This document shows positions 18,719 to 26,456 of a DNA stretch of 47,004 nt, piece by piece. How positions within the stretch are numbered: position 1 is the stretch's first letter; every line of letters starts with the position of its first letter. The notes under the pieces are model-generated. The model worked only from the letters and a program-made list of their open reading frames with translations, had not been told where the DNA came from and did no database searches. A program made the position numbers and the translations under genes. The DNA comes from Campylobacterales bacterium (GTDB taxonomy: Bacteria > Campylobacterota > Campylobacteria > Campylobacterales > Sulfurimonadaceae): contig JBBRBK010000008.1 in NCBI GenBank assembly GCA_038205935.1, positions 1 to 47,004 on the forward strand, read 5' to 3'.

Positions 18719-18750
18719 TATTAAAGCCCACTTCAAGTGGCGCTTTAATA
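18719..18750 (+). terminator. Intra-operon stem-loop after the catalytic subunit
   Basis: TATTAAAGC-CCAC-ttcaa-GTGG-c-GCTTTAATA, a 13-bp stem with one bulge. Confidence 0.65.
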
Positions 18751-18786
18751 TACTTCACAAACATTTTTCCAAAAGGTATATTTTAT

Positions 18787-19437
18787 ATGCAAGAAGCCCT
18801 TAAAATCGAACAATTATCACGTGTAAATATTTATGCACTTGTCTCAAGAATCTTAATGACTGAAGTTGATGAAACGCTATTAAAATCAATAATCGAAGAT
18901 GAAAATATGCTCTCTTTTTTCCCCTCATTTAAAAAATGGGAAAAACGTAAAGAATTGAGTACAAAAGATCTTATAGAACAATACTTAAACGTTGATTTTA
19001 CTAACCTTTTTTTAATGCACCTTATCCCTTATGAGTCTTTTTACAGAAGAGATGACCAGATGATGGAAACAGGTGGAGACAATCCTGTACAAGCACTTTA
19101 TAATGATTTTGACTTTAGAGTTGAGCTTGATGTTGCTCGTGTTATGAGTGCTGATCATATTGGTGTCGAGTTAGAATTTATGTATAAGCTTTGTGAAGCA
19201 GAATATAAGGCTCTTGAAGATGGACAGCCTTTAATTGCAGCCGAGATTGCCGAGATCCAATATAACTTTCTTAAAGAGCATATCTTAGAATGGGCTCCGA
19301 TGTTTTTACTCAATGTCAAATCAGAAGCGGGAAGTGCATTTTACTTTGACGCAGCAGAACTCACGCTAGAGTTTATGATGAGTGATTTTGAATACTTGAC
19401 TCACTTAAAAGAGAATGGATATAACTATAACCTATGA
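18787..19437 (+). CDS. TorD/DmsD-family redox enzyme maturation chaperone
   Basis: PYESFY, ADHIGVELEFM and FLKEHILEW. Directly downstream of the Tat Mo-enzyme. Confidence 0.9.
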   Translation: MQEALKIEQLSRVNIYALVSRILMTEVDETLLKSIIEDENMLSFFPSFKKWEKRKELSTKDLIEQYLNVDFTNLFLMHLIPYESFYRRDDQMMETGGDNPVQALYNDFDFRVELDVARVMSADHIGVELEFMYKLCEAEYKALEDGQPLIAAEIAEIQYNFLKEHILEWAPMFLLNVKSEAGSAFYFDAAELTLEFMMSDFEYLTHLKENGYNYNL

Positions 19438-20558
19438 GTTTACTTACTTTAGATATTTCCAAATGTGTCCACTCGAGCAATAAAAACGCTACATGTAATA
19501 TTTGTGTAGAAGTTTGTCCGGTTGAAACGATCAAGATCAACAACTCAGTAGTCTCTTTTACTCCAAGCGAATGTGTTGGATGTGGCGGATGTGGCGCAGC
19601 TTGTCCGACTGCTGCGTACAGTTTGGATGATTTTAATCCTATCAACTTTATCTTCAAATTTATGGAAACAGATCAAAAAGTCCTTACATGTAAGAGTAAA
19701 CTTCCTTGTATTGCGGCTTTGAGTGTTGAAGAACTTTTAAGTCTTTCACTTTTTTCTAAAGAAGATATCACGCTCGATATAGGTCCATGTGCTCTTTGTG
19801 CGATTGCTAAAACGAATCTTGACATAATAAAAAATCGTGCAGAGGAAACAAACTTTTTACTTGAAGCGATGACACAGACAAAGCGCTTACATGCGAAGTG
19901 CCCTGTGGGCGTAGAGGCTCTTGTCACTTCAGAAGAACTTCCCTTAAAAGAAGAAAAGGAAGTAATTTCACGAAGAGAACTGCTCTCAAAAGACTCACTC
20001 AAACGTGTTTCTCAGATGCAACAACAGTTTATAAATCAAGTAGAAGCAGGGGATGATGAGAGTAAATCTCATCTGATAACACTTAAAGATATTGTAAATA
20101 TAAAGCAAAAGAAAGTGCCTCAGCGTAGAAGCTTACTGATTATGGCAATGAAACGCACAGAAGTGCCAGAGATTTTTCACACTATCAGCATAGATGATAT
20201 CTCTTTTATTTCACAAAAAAACTTAGATATGTCTACATGTACAAATTGTCAGATGTGCTATCGTATCTGTCCAACAGGTGCACTGAGTTCTGATCTTAAG
20301 GGTTCTTTTATCGCATTTAATCCCCTTGCTTGTGTTAAGTGTGCAAGCTGTCATGATGTGTGTGAGCCAAAATCGATTACTTTAAGACCAAGTTTTAATC
20401 TCAAAAACTTTTTTGAGCCTCACTCTGAAGAGCTTGCTAAATTTGACATCAAACGCTGTGATGAGTGTGGCGTATATTTTGCCTACAAAGGCGATGAGAT
20501 GATGTGTCCTAGATGTCAGATAGAAGAGGATGAGGCAAGAGAATTATGGGGGATATGA
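19434..20558 (+). CDS. Polyferredoxin (multi-4Fe-4S protein)
   Basis: CNICVEVCP, CVGCGGCGAACP, CTNCQMCYRICP, CVKCASCHDVC and terminal CxxC...CxxC. Confidence 0.88.
   Translation: MSLLTLDISKCVHSSNKNATCNICVEVCPVETIKINNSVVSFTPSECVGCGGCGAACPTAAYSLDDFNPINFIFKFMETDQKVLTCKSKLPCIAALSVEELLSLSLFSKEDITLDIGPCALCAIAKTNLDIIKNRAEETNFLLEAMTQTKRLHAKCPVGVEALVTSEELPLKEEKEVISRRELLSKDSLKRVSQMQQQFINQVEAGDDESKSHLITLKDIVNIKQKKVPQRRSLLIMAMKRTEVPEIFHTISIDDISFISQKNLDMSTCTNCQMCYRICPTGALSSDLKGSFIAFNPLACVKCASCHDVCEPKSITLRPSFNLKNFFEPHSEELAKFDIKRCDECGVYFAYKGDEMMCPRCQIEEDEARELWGI
19885..19916 (+). repeat. Palindrome half-sites flanking an 18-bp unit of the dispersed intragenic repeat
   Basis: GCTTACAT-[GCGAAGTGCCCTGTGGGC]-GTAGAG, containing the mini-hairpin GCCC-tgt-GGGC. 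Confidence 0.7.
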
Positions 20559-21322
20559 TGAACGAAGAAAACTCTATGAACCTTGACGACAGAATAGGAA
20601 AACAGACTACACTGTATGGCTACATTGCTATTTCTGCATCTACGAACAGACTAAGCCATAACTTTAATAAAGCGCTTAAAGAAGAGGGCATGGACGGTAT
20701 GATGATACCGATGAATATTCGAGAAGATGATTTTTACTTTACCCTTGTAAATATGAAAAAATCTCATGTCAATGGTTCAATGCTCGGACTTGAATACCAA
20801 AAAGATATACTAGACCTTTTGGATAGCTCCTCTATGATGGTTAAAAAATGTGGTGGTTGTGACTTTGTAAAAAGAGTAGGGCAAACACTTCAGGGAGAGT
20901 TTATCTCTGCAAACATAGTAAAAGAGTTTATTGGTTCAGATAAAAGCATCAAAAAGATTGCGATTATTGGAGATAAACCGTTGGCAAGAGCGTTAGCTAT
21001 TCTTTTATCAGATGAGTTTAAGGTCGCTTATTATGATGAGCAGATTGAAGCGCTTTTATCTATGAGTCAAGACTTAGATGTAGGTATAGATATCAACTTT
21101 CTTAGCCCTAATGGCGTCGATTTTAGCGACTTTGATCTGCTTATAGATACGACTTTAGAGGATATCTCTTCTTGCATCGTAAAAGGGGCAAAGATGAATT
21201 TGGATTTGAAAGATTCTAAAACATTTTCCAGCTTGAAATACTTGAGCGGATATATCGGATTTGATAATCTGCTTGATTTTTACACATTACATTTAATAGA
21301 GGATTTAAAAAATGGACATTAA
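20555..21322 (+). CDS. Degenerate shikimate-dehydrogenase (AroE)-like protein
   Basis: The N-terminus follows the AroE layout (T-x-LYGYI...LSHNFNKALKEEG), followed by a Rossmann-like IAIIG and DLLIDTT. TxPxK and NTD are absent. ATGA overlap with the upstream gene. Confidence 0.6.
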   Translation: MMNEENSMNLDDRIGKQTTLYGYIAISASTNRLSHNFNKALKEEGMDGMMIPMNIREDDFYFTLVNMKKSHVNGSMLGLEYQKDILDLLDSSSMMVKKCGGCDFVKRVGQTLQGEFISANIVKEFIGSDKSIKKIAIIGDKPLARALAILLSDEFKVAYYDEQIEALLSMSQDLDVGIDINFLSPNGVDFSDFDLLIDTTLEDISSCIVKGAKMNLDLKDSKTFSSLKYLSGYIGFDNLLDFYTLHLIEDLKNGH

Positions 21323-21770
21323 TGATTTAAACGAACTAAGAAGCGAACTTGAAGCTCTTCAAAGTACGGTAACACAAGGAAGTTGTGATACTGGCGAATG
21401 TGAGAGTGATGATCGTGAAGATTATCCTGACTATCTTATTGCTATGTATAAAGAGGTTATGCCACCTGTAAAAAGTGGAATCTATTTTTCAAGATGGGAT
21501 TTAAAAGCTATGGGAGCCGAACTTGATGAACATTTCGCCCTTGATGTAAGAGAGAGAATGTTTCAAAACTTTATGCGCTGGGTTGCAACGCCCGATGATA
21601 TGAAGCTTGTCTTGGATCAGTTCGTTAAAAATATGGATATGAAATGCGAGTTATATCGTGAATATTCTGAACGTTTCCCCTCATCTAAACCTATCTTTGA
21701 TAAAAAAGTAGAAAAAGTGGAAAGTACTAAAAAATATCTTGATAAAATATTTATAGAGTTTTTTACATAA
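21312..21770 (+). CDS. Hypothetical acidic protein, last gene of the reductase operon
   Basis: 152-aa ORF with AGAGGA RBS, overlapping the upstream gene. Contains GSCDTGEC. Confidence 0.75.
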   Translation: MDINDLNELRSELEALQSTVTQGSCDTGECESDDREDYPDYLIAMYKEVMPPVKSGIYFSRWDLKAMGAELDEHFALDVRERMFQNFMRWVATPDDMKLVLDQFVKNMDMKCELYREYSERFPSSKPIFDKKVEKVESTKKYLDKIFIEFFT

Positions 21771-21791
21771 ATTTCTCGTTTAAAAGAGAGT

Positions 21792-23504
21792 TTATGAAAG
21801 ATATCTCTCTCTTTTATGCGGTTTTAGCTTCGTCACATCAACGACTATAAACCCATCTACACAATCCTCAAAATCTTTATCTAATCCAAAGTCAGTAAAC
21901 ACAACTCCGCCATCTTCACAAAGATCACTATACTGTTTATACAATGTAGGAATTGCAAGTCCTTGGAGTTGCAGTTTATCTCTGAGGGTTATGAGATCTT
22001 TTTTAAAGTTATTCAGTTCAAAGATCGTTTCAAACTCGGCTTCAAGATGAGAGGAGAGTATAAAACGCTCTTTATGCCTTACATGTAAGAGATTTGATCC
22101 AAAATAGTTCATATAAAAGTAGATCATCATCGCTGTAGATTCATAATTGTAAGATTTTGAGATACTTACAGGTCCAAACATATAGCGAATATCGGGATTG
22201 TTTTTGAGATATGCGCCGATCCCCTGCCAAAGATAATCAAGGGCTCTTGAGTTTTGGTATTTGGGCTGGATAAAACTGCGTCCAAGTTCTAGTCCTTCTC
22301 TCATATATTCTTGAAAACTTTCTTGATAATCAAATAAAGTAGAAGTATATAATCCCTCTTTTCCATAAGTATGAAGAACATCTTTGGACTTAGCAACTCT
22401 GTATGAACCGACAATCTCGCCATCTTTATCATCCCAAAGAACGATATGCTCATAGATAAGATCATACTCATCGATATCTCTTTTTTTGCCGCTTCCCTCT
22501 TTTACATGACGAAAAGAGATCTCTCTCAGACGTCCTATCTCTTTTAAAACAGAACTCTCTTCAGCTGAAGAATAAAGGTAGATTTTTTTACCATCTTTTG
22601 TTTCACCGAGTTCTTTTGCTTTTAAAAGTTCACTTTTAAGCTCTTGATAGTTTTCTGCAAGGGCTATCTCGTTTTGTGTTTTAAAGAGGCAAGGTTTGTT
22701 TGTACTCAAGCGTTCAAGATGTTTTTTAAGCAGTTTGACTGTATCTTTGAGTGTGAGTGAGGGGATATTGTAGCTATCATAGGGAATCATTTTTCCAATC
22801 TTAAACTCGATGTTTTTTCCGTAAAATTTAAACATCTCATTTGGAAGGGTTATAGATGCAAGTGATTTGTTAAAACTTGAAAGTGTATAGAAGAACTTGC
22901 TGTTTTTTGCACCTATAAAGATAGGTAATATCGGCGCTTGCATCTTTGACGCGATGCGTAAAAATCCGCTTCTCCATTTTGTGTCTTTGATCCCGTTGAC
23001 TCTTGCACGACTCACTTCACCTGAGGGAAAAAGGATAAGGAGTTGCTCTTTTTTGAGTGCATCATACATTCGCTCTAACGAGCTTTTATCCATTTTACCG
23101 CGGATGTTATCCACAGGAACAATAAGATCTTGAAGATTTTCAATAGAAGCCAAAAATGTCGTCGCGACGATCTTGATATCTTTACGGATATCTTTTAAAA
23201 CATATAAAAGTGCGAGTGCGTCAAGAGCACCTAAAGGATGGTTTGCGATGACGACACATCTGCCATAACTTGGGATTCGTTGGAGTTGGTTTTTGTGGAT
23301 AGTGATATCTACTTCAAAGTGATCTAAAACAGCCTCCACAAAGCCATAAGCATCTTTGTGCTGGTGTTTGTCTAAAAAGCTGTTGACTTCACTCTCATGA
23401 AAAAGTTTACGAAGCAGGGCTGTTGAGATATTTTTTAGGATTGTAGGGAGTTTGTTGAATCCTTCATAGTTGTGTTCGAGGTAATTTTGTACGGAGACTT
23501 GCAA
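21792..23504 (-). CDS. Bifunctional PlsC-type acyltransferase + GNAT (OlsB-like) protein, OlsF-like ornithine-lipid synthase
   Basis: N-terminal ANHPLGALD (HX4D) and LFPSGEVS. C-terminal EIGRLREISFR..EGSG, IVGSYR, ELGRSF, LWQGIG and IPTLYKQY. Start reassigned to TTG 23504, after the upstream small ORF. Confidence 0.8.
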   Translation of the reverse strand: MQVSVQNYLEHNYEGFNKLPTILKNISTALLRKLFHESEVNSFLDKHQHKDAYGFVEAVLDHFEVDITIHKNQLQRIPSYGRCVVIANHPLGALDALALLYVLKDIRKDIKIVATTFLASIENLQDLIVPVDNIRGKMDKSSLERMYDALKKEQLLILFPSGEVSRARVNGIKDTKWRSGFLRIASKMQAPILPIFIGAKNSKFFYTLSSFNKSLASITLPNEMFKFYGKNIEFKIGKMIPYDSYNIPSLTLKDTVKLLKKHLERLSTNKPCLFKTQNEIALAENYQELKSELLKAKELGETKDGKKIYLYSSAEESSVLKEIGRLREISFRHVKEGSGKKRDIDEYDLIYEHIVLWDDKDGEIVGSYRVAKSKDVLHTYGKEGLYTSTLFDYQESFQEYMREGLELGRSFIQPKYQNSRALDYLWQGIGAYLKNNPDIRYMFGPVSISKSYNYESTAMMIYFYMNYFGSNLLHVRHKERFILSSHLEAEFETIFELNNFKKDLITLRDKLQLQGLAIPTLYKQYSDLCEDGGVVFTDFGLDKDFEDCVDGFIVVDVTKLKPHKRERYLS

Positions 23505-23505
23505 C

Positions 23506-23682
23506 TTAAGCCACCATGTAGATATTGATAAGTTCTTGAGCAATCTCTTCGACGCTCATCTGAGCATGCAAGCATTCTTCGATAAACTCATACTCTTCAT
23601 CAATGATAATGGATACATTCTCATTGGCGATGAAATAACGCTTGACGAGACGTTGTTGGACTTGTTGTATTTTTAGTTCCAT
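23506..23682 (-). CDS. 58-aa acidic hypothetical protein (absent from the ORF track)
   Basis: GAGG RBS, then ATG. Reads MELKIQQVQQRLVKRYFIANENVSIIIDEEYEFIEECLHAQMSVEEIAQELINIYMVA, with the stop 1 nt before the olsF-like start. Confidence 0.75.
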   Translation of the reverse strand: MELKIQQVQQRLVKRYFIANENVSIIIDEEYEFIEECLHAQMSVEEIAQELINIYMVA

Positions 23683-23740
23683 AAGTTGACCTCAAAAAGA
23701 TTTGTTGCTGAAATCTTATTGCACAACTGTCTCAGTATGG

Positions 23741-24883
23741 TTACATAATATTTTTTAATACATCCAATTTGATCTTTTGAAAACTTCTATCCGATTTTTT
23801 ATACTCTAAAAGCTCTAACTCTTTGATATATTTTTCTGCGATAGGTGTTTTATAGTTTTGCAGTAAAACTAAGATGAGCTCTTTTGGAGTTTTACTCTCT
23901 TTGATATCATGAAATTTTTGTTTATTTACTCTTTTAAAACTAAGTGTTGGCGCGATTTTTGCGCTTGTAAATCCGGCCAAAAATATCAAAAGAGCAATGG
24001 AGATATTTTTCAGATTTTCAAAATCAAAGCTTTTGCTTAATGGGAACTCTTTCTTGTCAACAAGGGTTTTAGGATCGATGGAGGAAACTTTTATATCATA
24101 GTTTTGAGCTTTGAGAGTGTAGTATTTTTTTTGTTTAGGTGAGTATGCTTTGATCTCAAAAGCGGGAATCGTAAAATTGTTTTTGCAAGAGAGTGCATAA
24201 GAGTATTCTCTTTGGATTTCATAGCCGTTTTGTGTTGCTTTAGAAGCAATATTGGTGATCTGTGAGAAAGCGGTTACATTACTAATCTTATCAAGCAGGT
24301 GAAGGTTCTTTTCATTATACCCCGCACCGCTGAGTGTATAACGGATATTTGCCGAACCATATTGGTTGATATCACTTTTTTGCAGTTTAGCATCAAGAGT
24401 AAAGTCGCCTACAAGATCAACTTTTTCACTTAAAGGGTTTACATGTAGGTGCAAAGAGGGAACTTCTACTTTGGAATTGAGAGTATCCATCCATTTTACA
24501 TTATCTCTTCCTCCCGTGTAAACTTTTGCTAAAGCACCATCACTTGCAACTTTGATAGTAAAATCAAAATCCACATTGATATCGCCAGATTTTAGAGGAA
24601 AAAGAAGATATTTAAATATTGTTGAAGAGTTATGATTGGAGATTTTTTTTGTAATCTGATCTAAAAGAACCACTTCATAGGCATCACTTTTTTTTATCTC
24701 TAAAAAGAAAAACATTGAATTTGCATAATCTTTTTGTGTTGCTTGGAAAGTGATCTCGATAGGCTCTTTTATTACAACATCTTTTTTATTTGCCATAAGA
24801 GAAAAATCTGCAAGAGTTGAACCTCCAAAGAGCGTAAAGGGAAGCAATAAAAATAAAATTATTTTACCAAGGTTCTTTTTCAT
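23741..24883 (-). CDS. BatD-family exported protein
   Basis: Signal peptide, beta-rich repeats with VGDF and FTIPAFEI, and a C-terminal TM helix. Lies downstream of two vWA genes. Confidence 0.7.
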   Translation of the reverse strand: MKKNLGKIILFLLLPFTLFGGSTLADFSLMANKKDVVIKEPIEITFQATQKDYANSMFFFLEIKKSDAYEVVLLDQITKKISNHNSSTIFKYLLFPLKSGDINVDFDFTIKVASDGALAKVYTGGRDNVKWMDTLNSKVEVPSLHLHVNPLSEKVDLVGDFTLDAKLQKSDINQYGSANIRYTLSGAGYNEKNLHLLDKISNVTAFSQITNIASKATQNGYEIQREYSYALSCKNNFTIPAFEIKAYSPKQKKYYTLKAQNYDIKVSSIDPKTLVDKKEFPLSKSFDFENLKNISIALLIFLAGFTSAKIAPTLSFKRVNKQKFHDIKESKTPKELILVLLQNYKTPIAEKYIKELELLEYKKSDRSFQKIKLDVLKNIM

Positions 24884-26456
24884 CTGTATATCCTTTGTTG
24901 ATCATTTCGTAGGAACGATATCCCATCTGGTATTGATTTTTTGATGATGATTTTTGGGTGTTTTGTTCCGCTTTTTGGGTGTCACCTTTTTTAGCATCAC
25001 TTGCACCGTTGCTACTTTCACCGGCTTGTTGGCTTGAACCACTTTTACCGCCACCCTCTTTTTTATCATCACTTTTTGTACCAGTTTTTTTAGAACTGTT
25101 CTTTTTACTCTGTGGATCTTTTGGAGGCATCATATCGAAGATATTCACACCTGTTTTGAGGTTGAGCTTTTGTAAAAGTGTGAGGTTATAAAGCGCGTCT
25201 TTGTCCTCTCCAAGGGCTAAGGCTTGCTCGTAAAAAACTTCTGCTCTGTCATATCGTTGCAAGTGAATAGCACATCCTGCCATATCGTAAAAGATTTTCT
25301 GTTTTATTATTTTAGATTTGGTCTGTATTTTGTCGAAATACTCCAGCGCTTTTTTATACTGTTTAGCCTTATAATAAGAGCTTGCGATATTATAATAGCT
25401 TTGCACACTTGGAGTTGCTTTTTCAAACTCTTTTGCGGCTCTAAGATATTGTTGATCGCTAAATGCTTTATCTGCCTTGGAAAAATGGTAAAAATCGATC
25501 ATATCAGCTTTTGCAGAGTGGGGCAATAAGAGAAGTAGAGAAAGAAAATAAAGCTGATGAAGCTTCGTAACACTTGCTAAAAAAAGAAAAATAGCGATAA
25601 GAAGGGGAACAAAATAAAGCTCGAAATAGCTTTTTACCTGTATCATCGCATCATTTTTATTTTCCTTATTTGATGAAAGATCATCTGAAAGCTGTTCGAG
25701 AGCGGAGGAAGAAAATTCATAATATTTTCCCCCGCTAGAAGTTGCTAAATCTTTGAGCATAGGATTGATGCGAGAGATGACGAGTGAGCTGTACTGATCT
25801 TTAATCGTCATTCCATCTTTTTTAAGAGCAACTCCATTCTTTGACGCAGTGCCCACAATATAAGGAGTGATAGAGTATTTTTTACATATATCAAGAAGCT
25901 CACTGAGATCTGTTTCATCTCCACCATCGCTGAAAATGATAAGATTTTTCTTTTGTACAGATGTCTTAGAGATCGTTTGAAAAAGTTGTTTCAGATCTGT
26001 ACTTTTTGTAAGAATATTAGCAGGACTCAGTGCATTGAGCGCCATAATGCTAATGGAAGTATCTGTTGTCGGCGGTGAGATAAGTAGCGTCTTTGAAGTA
26101 AAAGCAAAGATGGAAAATCTGTCTTGAAGATGGAGTTTTAAAAGCTCTTCTATCACACTTTTCGCCGCTTCATAACGCGAGGGTTTGATGTCATCAGCTT
26201 GCATAGAGAAAGAGGCATCAAGAGCGATGATATAGTCTTGAGCATTAAATTTTTCTTCATTAGGTGAGTTTTGTATCACTGGACGAGTGAGGGCGAGAAG
26301 TAAAAAAGTGAGTGAGAGATAAAGCAGTTTTATCTGTCTTTGCTGCATTTTTTTATTTTCTAAAAAGTGAGATTCTGTACTACTTTGTTGATTTTTTTTG
26401 TAAAGAAAATAGAGAGGAATAAGCGCGAAAAAAAACCACGGATAAAGAAAACTCAT
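24864..26456 (-). CDS. vWA + TPR protein (BatB/BatC-like)
   Basis: MIDAS DASFSM, DIKPSR, FSDG, TPR helices (YYNIASSYYKAKQY) and a low-complexity K/S/Q tail ending KPW-like. Confidence 0.85.
   Translation of the reverse strand: MSFLYPWFFFALIPLYFLYKKNQQSSTESHFLENKKMQQRQIKLLYLSLTFLLLALTRPVIQNSPNEEKFNAQDYIIALDASFSMQADDIKPSRYEAAKSVIEELLKLHLQDRFSIFAFTSKTLLISPPTTDTSISIMALNALSPANILTKSTDLKQLFQTISKTSVQKKNLIIFSDGGDETDLSELLDICKKYSITPYIVGTASKNGVALKKDGMTIKDQYSSLVISRINPMLKDLATSSGGKYYEFSSSALEQLSDDLSSNKENKNDAMIQVKSYFELYFVPLLIAIFLFLASVTKLHQLYFLSLLLLLPHSAKADMIDFYHFSKADKAFSDQQYLRAAKEFEKATPSVQSYYNIASSYYKAKQYKKALEYFDKIQTKSKIIKQKIFYDMAGCAIHLQRYDRAEVFYEQALALGEDKDALYNLTLLQKLNLKTGVNIFDMMPPKDPQSKKNSSKKTGTKSDDKKEGGGKSGSSQQAGESSNGASDAKKGDTQKAEQNTQKSSSKNQYQMGYRSYEMINKGYTDEKEPW

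Noticed and set aside
20111..20130. GAAAGTGCCTCAGCGTAGAA as another copy of the 18-bp unit
   Set aside because: Wrong spacing and no flanking TTACAT half-site, so it is plausibly chance.
23505..23543. ORF-track start at 23543 for the acyltransferase
   Set aside because: It overlaps the better-supported 58-aa ORF. TTG 23504 has an upstream GGTGG and abuts that ORF's stop.
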